Positions 12,583 through 25,320 of a stretch of DNA of 64,000 nt are shown here, one piece after another (the stretch's first letter is position 1; every line of letters starts with the position of its first letter). The notes under the pieces were generated by a model. The model saw only the letters and a program-made list of their open reading frames with translations. It was not told where the DNA came from and ran no database searches. The position numbers and the translations under genes are program-made. This DNA is from Negaprion brevirostris. Its lineage: Eukaryota. Location: assembly GCA_030324005.1 (NCBI GenBank), contig JARDVH010000001.1, positions 139,425,612-139,489,611 on the forward strand. Direction: 5' to 3'.

Positions 12583-13870
12583 ACAAAGAACAAAGAACAG
12601 TACAGCACAGGAACAGACCCTTCGGCCCTCCAAGCCTGCGTCGATCATGTTGCCCTAACTAGGCCAATTGCTTATAGCCTGCTATTCCCCTTTTCTTTTT
12701 TGGCCTCTCAAGATAAGTCTTAAATGTGACTAACATAACTGTTTCAACCGCCTCACTTGGCAGTGCATTTCACACCCCCACCAGTCTGTNNNNNNNNNNN
12801 NNNNNNNNNNNNNNNNNNNNNNNNNNNNNNNNNNNNNNNNNNNNNNNNNNNNNNNNNNNNNNNNNNNNNNNNNNNNNNNNNNNNNNNNNNNNNNNNNNNN
12901 NNNNNNNNNNNNNNNNNNNNNTCAGGTCACCCCTCAACCTCTGTCTTTCCAGGGAGAACAATCTCAGTTTATTCAATCTCTCCTCATAGCTAATACCCTC
13001 CATACCAAGCAACATCCGGGTAAACCTTTTCTGTACTCTCTCGATATCCTCCATGTCCTTCTGGTAGTGTGGTGACCAGACTTCGACACAGTATTCTAAA
13101 TGTGGCCTAACTAACATTTTATACAACTGTAACATAATTTACCAACTGTTATACTCTATGCCCCATCAAAGAAGCATGTCATATGCTTTCTTCACCACCT
13201 TAGCTACCTGTGCTGCCATTTTTAAGAATCTGTGGACTTGTACTCCCAAATCTCTCTGTATGTCTATGCTCCTGATGGTTCTGCCATTTATTTTGTATCT
13301 CCCACCTGAACTGGATCTACAAAATTGCATCACTTCGCATTTGTCTGGATTAAATTCCATCTGCCATTTCTCCACCCATTTTTCCTCTCTATCTACATCC
13401 TGTTGTATTCTCTGGCAATCTTCATTACTATCCGCAACTCTGGCAATCTTGGTATCATTCGCAAACTTGCTAATCAGACCAGTTATGTTTTTTTCCAAGT
13501 CATTTATATATTACAAACAACAGAGGTTCCAGCCCTGACTCTTGCAGAACACCACTAGTTACAAACCTCCATTCAGAAAAACACCCTTCCTCTCTTACTC
13601 TCTGTACTGTATGGCCAAGCCAATTCTGAATCCATCTAGTTAGTTCACCCTCGATTCCGTGAGATTTAATCTTTTGTACCAGCCTCCCACGAGGGACGTT
13701 TTTGAATGCTTTACTAAAGTCCACGTAGACAGCATCCATTGCCCTTCCCTCATCAATCATTTTTGTCACCGCCTCACAAAACTCCATTAAATTAGTGAGA
13801 CATGACCTCCCTCATACAAGACTATGTTGTTTGTCATTAACAAGATCATTCACTTCCAAATGCGTACGGA
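12583..13870 (-). mobile_element. CR1-clade LINE, reverse transcriptase C-terminal part and 3' tail
   Basis: ORFs read DAVYVDFSKAF, GVLQESGLEPLLF, ISKFANDTKI, WQMEFNPDKCEVM and LVRPHLEYCV; the tail carries AAAGAAC repeats. Confidence 0.93.
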
Positions 13871-14429
13871 TCCTATGATTTTATGATTCTTTCTAGGTAA
13901 GATAGGCTACTCAACCAACAACCACACCACCAGTGTATGAAACAATGGATGCAGGAAAGAAATTCCAGAGCCCTGATGTGGACAGTTGAGTTTTGAAAGG
14001 GATAGTCACTATGGTTAGAGGATTACACACCACACAGAGAGGCCCTGGACTGCAATTCAGGGTTTCTTGTTGTGCAGGGAACAAGGTTTCATTTCTGATA
14101 GACACAAACACACTTTATCCTTACAAGGAGCCTGGGATGAGGAGACATGATAAGGAGTACATTTACAATGAGGAACATTATATACAAGTGTGTAATGCTC
14201 GCACCCATGTTGTACAACTACATCTTCTTGACTAACTTTGTCACTTAAGTTTTGGTTCATCCCTGTCATTCACAGCAGAGGTGAAGCTATGCGAGGTGCA
14301 ATAAATACCCTGTTGTGTCTGATGGGCAGCNNNNNNNNNNNNNNNNNNNNNNNNNNNNNNNNNNNNNNNNNNNNNNNNNNNNNNNNNNNNNNNNNNNNNN
14401 NNNNNNNNNNNTACGGCCCAGTTTGCTTT

Positions 14430-16354
14430 CAGGATCCTGCTGTGTGGCAGTGCCACCCTACATGTTCTGTGGAGCTGACACTGATGGTGTCACAGGAAGT
14501 GGGGATTGGGAGTGGCTGGATATTCCTGGAATCACTTGGGTAAATGGCTTCAGGTGTCAAGCTGCTGGCCTTCCACCTTTTGGGTGTCCAAGGGCCCCTG
14601 GCTGACTTCTTGAGGAGAATGGACATCTGGAGTTAGATCAAGATGCCCCATAGTCCTCTCGCATCAATTCTGATGGATGCCAGCTATTGTCTCAGCGATG
14701 CAGTGCAACTCTTGCAGCAGTACAGGTGCAATGTTCTGGACCAGGATCTCCTCGGCAACCACTATCTACTAGTGTTGACTTCAGTGCATTAGCATGTCAG
14801 TGCGACCACCTTGGGTGAAGAAACATGGAACCCTCCATTGTGCCTTGCAATCTGAGGGATGCAACAGACAACTCTCTGATGTTCCCAAGCTGCCTTTGCA
14901 GTTCCAGCAGCTGAGGTCAATCCGAAAATGAGGTTCATCATCTGCCTGGAACTAAGCAGATTCCTGGCTTCCAGTAATTCTCCATGTACCAGCACTCTGT
15001 GATGTCCCTGCCCCCATCTGTTTTAAATCAGTGTGCTGTGCTCACCAGGTTATGACCCTGTAATGATGCACTTTCACAGACTTCATTAGAAACACAAAAG
15101 GTATTTATTAATAAGAAAAACTGTACAACAGCCAGTCTCCCTATATGCCTTCTGCCTAAGAAAGGACTCCACCCCTGGGGTGATTACCCACTCACTTCCC
15201 AATTGCTCCCCCAAGCCAGGTGACTTACTCTGCTGCATCACCCATAAAAGGACAATCAGCACAAATCACCGCGGACCCCAAGGCTACTCTAGAAATAGAT
15301 CCCACCGAGNNNNNNNNNNAGATGCATATCTCTATGCAGGTGAGGAGGGGTGGGTGAGCACTGCAACAGGTCTTCAATTAGGGTGTCATCAGATTCCTCT
15401 TCTGAGGTGTCTTTGGGGCTTGAATCGAAGGCTTGGCTCATGGATGGCTTCTGCTGCTTCCCAGGTTATACCTGTGAAAGAAACTCAACTGGATTCATCA
15501 AATAAACACAGTGGCTTCATGATCAGGTCAGAGGCTAGGAATATTGCAGCAAGTAACTCAACTCCCGACTCCCCAAAGCCTATCTATCATCTACAAGGCA
15601 TAAGTCAGGAGTGTAATGGAATAACATTCACCTGTCTGGATGTGTGTAGATCCAACAACATTCAAAAAACTTGACACCATCCAGGGCAAAGCAATCTGCT
15701 TGATTGGCACCACATTCACAAACATCTATTCCCTCCAGCACGAACACTCAGTAGTGGCAGTGTGTACTACCGACAAGGTGCACTGCAGAAATTCACCAAA
15801 GGTCTTTAGACAGTACCTTCCAAACCCATGACCACTTCCATCTAGAAAGGCAAGGGCAGCAAGTACATGGGAACATCACCACCGGCAAGTTCCCCACCAA
15901 GCCACCCACCATCCTGACTTGGAAATGTATCGCCGCTCCTTCACAGTCACCGATTCAAAATCCTGTAACTCCCTCTGTAACAGCATTGTGGGTCAACCCA
16001 CAACACGTGGACTCATCACCACATTCTCAAGGGGAACCAGTTATGAGCAATAAATGCTGGAAAGCCAGCAATGCTCATGTCCCAGGAATGAATTTTAAGA
16101 AAGAAAGAAGAGATTGTGGGTGCGTGGCAGGGGGCAGTGGGATGGGAGACATCACTCACAGTGTGGTTGATAACTGTTGCAGTGTAGGATGCTTTACTTG
16201 GTTAATTGCTGCCAATCTCACTGTCAGCAAACAAACAGTCCATATCCTCACTAGCCAGTTGGATGGTTCTATTCTCAAAGTTGGTCAGTACCTTTAGTTC
16301 AGGCATTCCTTCGCTGGTCTGGGACTTCTCCCTGTTATTATGAGCCAGCTTGTC
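14430..16354 (-). pseudogene. Decayed Harbinger Myb/SANT-like ORF (spliced), interrupted by an L2 fragment
   Basis: After an AG acceptor at 16354 it reads DKLAHNNREKSQTSEGMPELKVLTNFENRTIQLA; at ~15340-15420 it reads EDTSEEESDDTLIEDLLQCSPTP. The pattern matches 43416-43537. Confidence 0.6.
15490..16100 (+). mobile_element. L2/CR1-group LINE 3' fragment
   Basis: ORF reads TTFKKLDTIQGKAICLIGT...VAVCTTDKVHCRNSPK; tail GCAATAAATGCTGG...CATGTCCCAGGAATGAAT. Confidence 0.82.
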
Positions 16355-16865
16355 CTGCATGATGACAGGTGGAAAGAATGTAAGTAGGATGCCTACCATT
16401 CTTATAAATGAGAAGGCTGCTTTGCACGTGTGGGTAGTAAATTGTGCTATGGACATATCCATAAGAAAGATGAAGGTGTGTATGGGAAAGTGAGTGTTGA
16501 TATCCCTTGAGCTGGCATTGATTGAGATTCCTGTGGACGTGCGATGGGTTTGTGATTGTGTGAGTTGAAGAGTAGTTGATTAAACAACATGAGAGCTGAT
16601 GATATTACTCTGGACTATGCGTGGAATAAACTCAGAGGTATTACTGACTGGACATTGGAGCAGCATGTACAATAGGAAATATGTTTGATTTGTCTGGGTT
16701 GAGCAGCATATCAGAATGTGGTTACTGCAGTCGATGGATTGGTCACCTTGACAAAACCTATACTCAAGACCAGGCAGACCGGCCATGATGGGGATTGGAA
16801 GTGTTTGAGTCCAATCATAGTGGAGTTGGTCTGAGGGTTTTGTCAGGGTTTGGGATAAAAACATA

Positions 16866-17000
16866 AGCCGGAATGTTACCACCATTCACCTCGGTGGGAC
16901 TTTCCCATCCCGCTGCGGTGAATGGAGATTTGACTGGATTCCAAATTCTCCGACCTTGTTGCAGCAGGAGTGTGGTGTGAGCACCGGTAAGATCATGTCC
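16866..17000. mobile_element. Short Harbinger-like MITE
   Basis: Degenerate TIRs GCCGGAATGTTACC / GGTAAGATCATGTCC; size and layout resemble the other ~125 bp MITEs in the window. Confidence 0.45.
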
Positions 17001-17531
17001 ACTGTCTGAATTTTGACAGTTTTAAGCAAAGCCATTGCGACTTCATTTTGGTTAAAGGGGGACAGTGATCAAGGTGCAGAAGCATTCAGCTGGAAATTGA
17101 AGGTGCTAATTTCAGTTAGCCACAGGAAGTTTGGACCTGGGGTGTTTGCATCAATTTTGAGGAGCTTCTGTGGACAAGCTGTCCATTTTTTTGTGAGCTC
17201 GTAGTCTGTCAGTCAAATCTCAGGGCATTTTGTACTGAGTCGAGTTGTGTATTTTTTCTGGAGGGTTTTCTATGTCATTTCAACTAATTGTAGGGGTATC
17301 TGTACTGGGGCTATTAATGAATATAACACAACACATTTATTGTGGAGCCAAATCCTGTGTCAGTGTATTTTTGTTCTTCATCAATCCTGAAGTCCACGCA
17401 CTCTTTAGAAGGTGGGGGGGGGGGGGGGGCGNNNNNNNNNNNNNNNNNNNNNNNNNNNNNNNNNNNNNNNNNNNNNNNNNNNNNNNNNNNNNNNNNNNNN
17501 NNNNNNNNNNNNNNNNNNNNNNNNNNNNNNN

Positions 17532-17576
<45 letters not shown>

Positions 17577-17709
17577 GGAGCCTATTACAGAATCCGATAC
17601 CGTTGTTATCTCTAGATTTGATGATTCCGCTTCTGGCCAGCTTCCCACATTCTACCCACCAGAAACTTAAAAACACCCAAACTCCTACTGCCCACGTTCT
17701 AACTTGCAT

Positions 17710-18126
17710 CAAGTGTTGTCACCCATCACTCCTCTGCGTATACTAAAGTGATTTAGCTTGTGGTTAAACAACATCTTGATTTTAAAATTCTTATACTTGT
17801 TTTCGGCCTTCCCTATCTCTATAATCTCTTCCTTCCCAACCACCCTCCATAATATCTGCGTTCCTCTAATTCTGCCCCTAAAGTGCCTCAATTTTAATTG
17901 TTCTATCATTGGTTGTCATAACTTCACTGCCTGGGGCTAAAGTTCTGGAATCCCTTGCCTAAACTGTTTTGCTTCTCTACCTTGCCCCACTCCTTTAGGA
18001 CATGGCTTCAAACCTACCTCTTTCACAAAGGTATTCGTTATCTGCCGTAATATCTCCTAATGTGACTCAGTGCTATTTTTTGCATGCCTTAGGGGGTTTT
18101 TATTACTTTAAAGGCGCTATATAAAT
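17710..18126 (+). mobile_element. Old L2-type LINE 3' end
   Basis: Contains TTCTGGAATCCCTTGCCTAAAC, TTCAAACCTACCTCTTT and the terminal AAGGCGCTATATAAAT typical of L2 tails. Confidence 0.6.
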
Positions 18127-18128
18127 TA

Positions 18129-18440
18129 GAGGAAGTATTGGCTTAGTGTTATTATCACTGGACAAGTAATCCCGAGACCCAGGACAAAATCTAGGGATGC
18201 AGGTTCAAATCCTACCCTNNNNNNNNNNNNNNNNNNNNNNNNNNNNNNNNNNNNNNNNNNNNNNNNNNNNNNNNNNNNNNNNNNNNNNNNNNNNNNNNNN
18301 NNNNNNNNNNNNNNNNNNNNNNNNNNNNNNNNNNNNNNNNNNNNNNNNNNNAAGGTGGTTGATTCGCAAATGCCCTCTGAAATGGAGGGAAGTTAGGGAT
18401 GGGCAATAAATGATGGCCCTGCTAGCAACGGCACATATTT
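18129..18440 (+). mobile_element. tRNA-derived SINE with L2-like tail (spans a gap)
   Basis: Head GGCTTAGTGTTATTATCACTGGAC...GGTTCAAATCC; tail TGCCCTCTGAAATGG...GGGATGGGCAATAAATG. Confidence 0.7.
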
Positions 18441-18529
18441 TGTAACTTTCAATCCATTAGGGACATTTTAGAGTAGAAGGAATTTTGGAATATCATAATT
18501 AGAACATCCAATATTTCTGCAGCTACCTT

Positions 18530-18721
18530 GGGCAGCATAGTGGTACGGTGGTGCCTCACAGTGCCAGGGACCCGGGTTCGATTTTGGCCTTGGGTGATTG
18601 TTTGTGTCAAGTTAGCATGTTCTCCTTGTGCCTGATGATGATAATCGGTCAGAAAGTTGGTGCAGACTTGATGGGCCAAATGGTCTCCTTCTGCACTGTA
18701 GGGACTCTGTGGATTCTATGG
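18530..18721 (+). mobile_element. Internally deleted HE1-type SINE
   Basis: Head CAGGGACCCGGGTTCGATT is joined almost directly to the tail GATGGGCCAAATGGTCTCCTTCTGCACTGTAGGGA. Confidence 0.8.
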
Positions 18722-18834
18722 TTTAGAATGTAAGGCAGCAGGACATGAACTTTGTTAACTCCTAATCCTTTAATATTCTCGATAACCTGCCAGATCAGAG
18801 CCAGTGTTGAAGCTATCAACTCATAATTAGAGAA

Positions 18835-19200
18835 GGAATGAGAGAGGAGGATCCAGTTGTCATAGTCCACGTATGAACCAATGACATAGGAGGAACCAGG
18901 AATGATGTTCTAATATGAGAGTGCGAGGAATTAGGGGCCAAATAGAAGAGTAGAACCTCAAAGTATTAATCCCTGGATTGTTAACTGAGCAATGTGCAAA
19001 TTGGCATGGCAATAAACAGATGCAAAGTTTAAAGGTATATCTGAAAGATTGGCGTGGGAAACAGGAGTTTAGTTTAAAAGACCAGTGACACCAATGATAA
19101 GGAAAGAGGCTCTTGTTCCATTCACATATGTTTCACTTAATCTGGGCTGGGACCCATGTCCTGGCTATATTAAGTAACTGGTAGACAGGGCTTTAATTAA
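18835..19200 (+). mobile_element. CR1 ORF1 SGNH-esterase-like fragment
   Basis: Translation EDPVVIVHV*TNDIG...ELGAK*KSRTSK matches the VVVHVGTNDI motif of CR1 ORF1. Confidence 0.72.
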
Positions 19201-21289
19201 AATGGAGGGGTGGAGGTAGACATTACAGGGTCTGGGATGGTGGTGAAAGGTTGATAGGAGAACTTAGCAAACAGTAAATTCAGAAGTTCCTAGACAAAAG
19301 CGAGTTGAATTCTCAAGGATAGCTAATCAACGTTTCCACCTGGATACAGAGCCCGCGTGATTCAATATGCCATCAAAATTGACTTAGTGAGGGAAAAGAT
19401 TCTGAGATATCCTGAAAGCTTATAGACACAGTTAATCTGCTAGAGCCCAGGAAGGAGAGAGAGAAAATAGCTGGAGGGAGAAAGTCTCAATGGCTGACTG
19501 CGCAGATGGAAGTTCATGCTCTGATTAAAAAATCAAGTTCATGAGGAATGAAAACAAAACTGGACTCACCTAGCTTTCTCTAGAGGAAGGATCTCCAGTA
19601 ATACTTTCACTGTGAGAAAGAGTTCTCAGGTTAGAAGTTACCAGGCTTAGAAAAGAAAAAAAGCAGAAGTGAACCCTTGGGAATTAAGAGTCACTTTGGA
19701 CGGATCCTGAGGAATAATGTATACCTGTGAACTGTGTTTCTTCAGTTGTACTAAAAATAAGAAAAGGCTCTTCAATTGATTGTTCTGTGGTTTCAATTAT
19801 AAGTTGCCTATAAAGATAGTAAGATCTATTTTCTGATTCCGTCCATGACAAATTGTAATGGGCAGGACAAAAAATTGGGTAGATCATTTAAAGGTTGATT
19901 TATTTCAGGTTGGAATTTCCCATTTTGGGGAGCACATGGCTTGAAAACCCGCCTAGTGTTTAGTCAATAGTGCTTTGAGTCTTTTTTTACAGTAAATGTC
20001 TTAAATCATTAAATTTCCTAGATTCACTTTGCGTTATTAACAGTTTGAATTTCTTTTAAAAGGTGTCAGTGCCCATGTGTACCATAGGTTGTATAAATTA
20101 AGCTGCCATGGTAAAAAGAATATCAGCACATTGCTAAATTAACGGAGCTTGTAAAAGTTCCTTGTGGCTCCCAAGAATGTGCCTGTGATCTGAATGTTGA
20201 TTGCATGGTCAGTTTATCCAATGCAGTTAGAATAGTTTTGTTATAGATCTGGCTGCAACAATGAGAAGGGATTCCCCCCAGGCTCCAAAAGTGAAACCTC
20301 ACCTCCTGAGACAGAGCCCCTGAGGAACCTCTCAGACAGCAGGCTTGGCCCTACAGACCCTAATCGATTGGTCTACCCCTCCTCGGGTGCTGCCTGATTA
20401 AACTAATTTCCCTCATTGCCTCCTGCTGTATCTTTTAAACTATGACACACTTTCTAAAAGGCAGAAGAGAAAGTGAAAGTCTTGGGATTTAGGGCTGTGC
20501 TGATATTGTACTCTGCACTCCATCGTTTACACATGGCTGCCATTAATAGAAGGGCAGGTGTTTTTTCGGTATCAGTGGATAGAATGTTTCTCCAGTGGAA
20601 TCCCAGTATAAATGAACCCTCTCTGGAAATTCTGGACTGAAATCCAATCCTCTCTGTACTACGGAATTTTACTTATAAAAAGACACAGTGGGCTTGGCTC
20701 TATAGATCTTGATGGATTGGTCATGCGAGGCTGGTCTAACCCCAGCTATACATGGTACAAAACTCCGTCTCTCTTTATCTTTATATACATGTATTTATGT
20801 GTATATTGCATTTGCTATCTTTTTATTATCTTTGCAACACTGGTCAGTACATTTTGCTAATATTCACCTTATAGCAGACATGCATAATGATTACTCCCAG
20901 ATGTACAGTAATCAGAACCTTTCGCTTGCCTGGGACAGGAATTTAGGTTGGCTCTACAGTTAGCTTTCTTTTATCTGTTCATCCTTTAAGTTGGCCAGTA
21001 AGGTAAAATTGGTACATTTCTTTCCAATGAGTAACTATTTTGGAGACTACATTAAAGCCATCAATAAAAGTCCTGCAATCAATCATTTTTGAGAATCTGT
21101 AATCATTTGACATTGCCTTGACCTTCTTTCTGAATATTTCCAGTATAAAGGGGTTTTTTATAATGGATTTCAATGAATTCAGTCTTACTCTAACTTTGTT
21201 CCCAGTCCAGCCACTCTCAGAATTCAATTATTCATTTCAGTTTTCATTGTCTATTCTTTGAGAATTTAAATTCTCACAAATAGAAATAA

Positions 21290-21953
21290 AGTGCAAAACC
21301 TTGTGCCCTCCCCCAGTGATGAGTTTTGTGGTGGGGGGTATTAATCAGGCAATGTCAGTAGGGGGAGACCCCGCCATCTTTCTNNNNNNNNNNATGGGAC
21401 AGCCTTCCCACCTCATACCACTAAGACCCATAAATGGGCAATTATTCTAGCATAAGGGTCCCATCCCAGTGCTGCTGGTATCGAATCAGTGGCTGGCGGT
21501 GGACTTGACATGCAGGGAATACGCAAAGCAAACCCTGGCATATTTGCACGTGGGCTCCCAGGGATGGGGTCTCCCTCATTCAAAGACTTTGATCAGGAAT
21601 CCAGCATTGAGAAAGAGGGTGCCCACTGAGAGTCAACTCCCTGTCCTTGCTAACCAGTCCTGCCATTACACACCTGAGCCTGGGTCACTGTCTGATCAAA
21701 GGCCACTACTGTGTATTATATCAACAGCAGCTACCACCTCCTGGCGACATTGCTGAGTATGGAAGAACAAACGGCCTCTAATTGGCCAGCAGCTCTCAGT
21801 TGGTGGGACACTTGCCCCCTGGATCCTTGATACTAGGGAAAGGGATGAATGGCACTGTATTCAGTGGGCCCTTTTGGAAAGTGGAATCACAGAGTTCTCG
21901 CGGGCTGTCCCGTCGACAGTGAAGAGCTTTGTAGCCTTCATAAAATTCTCCCC
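21290..21953. mobile_element. Old Harbinger-like MITE
   Basis: Right end TAAAATTCTCCCC resembles the other MITE TIRs; GC-richer interior; left end is poorly defined. Confidence 0.4.
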
Positions 21954-22699
21954 ATAATCGACTAACCTTCTCTGTTAGCTCACATGGGTACTGTGACTTT
22001 GAGTAGCTGAACTAGAGAGAATGTAAAATTGTATGTTTGTCTACAGTCCGATGAGTCTGAATAAAACACTGCCATGAAGGCTTGAAGAGCCTGGCCTATA
22101 TATTTTAGAGAAACATAGACTCAGGAAAGATCCGAATGATGTCTATAACATAATAACAGGAATGTATTGTGTACAGGAACATACTCTGTCAAATTAGGTT
22201 CTCTGGGAGGACAAGGGTATATAAATTACAGAAGGGAAGTATAGGTTAGATGTAAAGTGGTTCACCTGCTTTCAGATTTGTTTCATGTCACATGATATCA
22301 AGAAATGGCAGAGAGCACTGGATACAGCAAGAGCTATTGGCAATTGCAACATCCCAGTGGGAGCATTGCAGACCTATGTTCCAGAATTAGTAGCTCTGGT
22401 TCCACACAACAGGCATCTTCCCAAAATAATCAAAATGTGTCCAGACAAGAAAAGGCAGTAATTACTCATCCACTCATCAGTTTGGGTTCAGCCAAAATCA
22501 TGCTTTGTTACAGTCTTGGTCAAAAGCTGGACAAAAGTTCTGAGTTCCAGAGATGAGGTGAGAATAATGCCCTTAGAATTGAGGCAGTATTTGTTAAGTC
22601 AAAGAGCCCCCAGCAAAACAGATAGCCACAGTAATCAGGGGGAAAAGTCTCCACTAGCTGAAGTTATGCCACAAAGCACAAAAGAAGTTGGTTATGGTT

Positions 22700-23105
22700 G
22701 CTGGAGACTATTCATCTCAGTGGCATCACTGCAAGAGTTTCTCAGAGGAGTGTCCTAAACCCGACCATTATCAGCGGCTTCATCAATGGCCTCCTTCCAC
22801 ATAAGTGAGGATGTTCGCTGATTATTCATTCCCATTCACAATACCTCAGATATTGAAACAGTCCATACCCACATCCAGCAAGGCCTGGACAATGTTCAGG
22901 CTTGGGCTGTTAAGTGGAAAATTGATATCTGCACTATACAACATGATTACCATTGCTGAATCCCCCACTATCAACATCCTAGGAGGTCACCATTGACTAA
23001 AAACTCAACTGTGCTAGCTATATAAATACCATAGCTACAAGAGCAAGCAAGAGATGGTGTAATCTGCAACAATTAACCCGCCTCCTCATTCCCCAAAGCC
23101 TTTCC
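22700..23105 (+). mobile_element. L2/CR1-group LINE RT fragment
   Basis: GCAAGAGTTTCTCAGAGGAGTGTCCTAAACCCGACC is a GVPQGSVL-like segment, followed by VRMFADY (F-A-D-D-like motif) and ESPTINILG. Confidence 0.7.
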
Positions 23106-23552
23106 AGCTATAAACCTGCTGTCTGATTAACTCTCAAAGTCAGAAAGAGAGTTTTAGATGCTCTTGCAAAAGGCAACTATTTTGCAGGGGCCCTGCCTTG
23201 GTTACAGTATCATCTTCAGTGTGGCAAACTTGCAGCACAGACCAACAAACAACAAGCAGGCTTTTAATGCTTCTCTTTGTGTATTCAAACTAGAACCCAC
23301 TAATCAGACTAGAGTGACAATTATGCAGGGTCCTTCAGATGAGATAGTCATTATGTTCCTTTGTCTTTACCAGAAATGATAGTCTGCCTTTGGATGACTT
23401 TTAGAAATACGCTGTCTGGAAACATAGGAATGGGTTCCATTTTTCCTTGGAGTAACACCTTGCAGCCATTCCTGTCAGTGACGAACTTACATTCTTAGCC
23501 ATCCTTCGGACTCATGTCCACTTTAAAATATAAAACTCAGGTCTTTTTTAAG

Positions 23553-23726
23553 TAGAATCATAGAATCCTTACAGTGCAGAAGGAGGCCATTCGGTCCATT
23601 GATCCTGCACTGACAACAATCCCACCCCGACCCTATCCCTGTAACCCCACATATTCACCCGTCTAGTCTCCCCCGGAACGAGGGTCAATCTAGCATGGCC
23701 AATCAACTTAACCCGGACAACTTTGG
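23553..23726 (-). mobile_element. HE1-type SINE, 3' half
   Basis: TAGAATCATAGAATCCTTACAGTGCAGAAGGAGGCCATTCGG...TAGCATGGCCAATCAAC. Confidence 0.85.
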
Positions 23727-23849
23727 CTCTTTTACTCCACCCGCCACCTGCAGCGGCTCTCTTTCTCCGGCCTCCTCCCGGTTTCCCTTTCCTGCTCCGT
23801 GGCTGGATCCCCTTCAGGCACCGGCTCCTTGCTTGCTTTCCGGAGCCAC

Positions 23850-24036
23850 CAGCCCAACATCCGGATGCCAATTTGAGTGGAGGCTTGAGCGATATCGCCA
23901 ATGGAGCTGTGGAAGGAGTCACCGTAGAAATTAATTGCAGCAATCATTTTCAATATCACTGCAGTGGATTCCCTCTGAATGCCCGAGGTACCAAATCCTG
24001 CAGAAGGTGCATAGGTGAGTAGCCAGTTCACTTGCC
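23850..24036 (-). pseudogene. Harbinger transposase N-terminal fragment
   Basis: ORF 23732..24031 contains TAVILKMIAAINFYGDSFHSSIGDIAQASTQIGIRML, similar to LPVAVKVTAALNFYA.GSFQ..GD...SQ...H.CIR. Confidence 0.65.
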
Positions 24037-24929
24037 AATCTCAGTCTTCAACAACACTAGTTCTCACTGATCTATAGGTGAAACAAGTACCATCTATATA
24101 CCCTGTGTCCAGCAGGGTACCTACAATGATGGCTCCCTGTGGATCTTCCTCCACATGTAGAGGAGGGACACATGATCCTGAGAGTTGTATTTCTCCCTTT
24201 CTCTGGCTCTGGCTACATCTCAAGGTCCCTTCACACAGGCCAAAGAGTCTTGGCCACTCCTTGGATGGCCAGTATTTAGTCGTGATGCCTGACCAAAACT
24301 CACCCACCTCCATCTCTCACCACATGATCAAGTGGTGACAGTTTGGTCACTCAATTGCATCCTGTGCTATCAGCTCAGGTGCAGCTATTTACGGTTCAAA
24401 ACATGAAGTCAAAACACGTCTATGAGTTTGAACATTATATTCCATGAATTTCCAAGTTGGATGGGATTATGATCCTACAAGGTTTGGATCTCAAGTTTCT
24501 GGAGGGTTAAATGTGAGAGAAAAGGCAGGAGTGTGTTGGAATGGTCAGGTCTGGAGGTACCAAAGGCAATGGATGAGGGTTTGAGCAGCAGAAAAGCTGA
24601 GGTAGGAGTGGAGACAGGTGAGGAAGTGGAAATATGTGGTCATTGTGATGTCGCAGAAAGTGGTCAAAAGTTCATCAGCGGGAGTAAATGTGTCTCTTTC
24701 TCCTGACAATATGTCCTCCTACCTCAAGGGAAAAACAACAACTTTACACTGAGCTACAGGATAAAAATATCTAATTTACTGGAATACTTTTGCTTCCTGT
24801 GTTTTGTTAAGAGGGAAGTTGTTATCTGGGTAAGTTCAGTGTAAAATGAAAATCAAATGCATCTTCCATCAGAGTCAACACCACATTCATTTGCAGTCCT
24901 CCATTTGAATGGTATCATGCACCATTGTG

Positions 24930-25320
24930 CTGTAGTCAGTTTGCACATCCACCATTCAGTCCTTGTTCTCATTTGCACAGGTAGCCAGTCCCTCATACCT
25001 GTTGGTCATGACCAAAGGCCAAGATCCTTTACCACTGCATCCTAGATCCCTGTAACTATCCGGCTTACAGTCATGTCCTCCTGTCCCAGACCATTAAGCA
25101 ATTCTAAAGTTTCACTTAACCTAAGGAGAGTGACTGCTTCCTGGAATGAAGTGTACAGGTAACTCTCCCTCCCCCTGATGTCCCACAATGTCTACAGTTC
25201 AGACTCCAGCTCAATAACTCTGAACCAAAGTTCCTTGAGCTGCAGATGTTATTGTCTTGAACTGCAGTGCTCTCTACAATCTCTCACATTCTGCACTTAC
25301 AGCACACTACCTTCAGACCT
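24930..25320 (-). mobile_element. Probable CR1 ORF1 N-terminal fragment
   Basis: Minus strand reads approximately LQLKELWFRVIELESEL*TLWDIRGRESYLYTSFQEAVTL, like the coiled-coil segment after the CR1 ORF1 zinc finger. Confidence 0.55.

Noticed and set aside
17412-17573. Poly-G and poly-C runs giving poly-Gly/poly-Pro ORFs
   Set aside because: Homopolymers abut a gap; sequence is unreliable and not coding.
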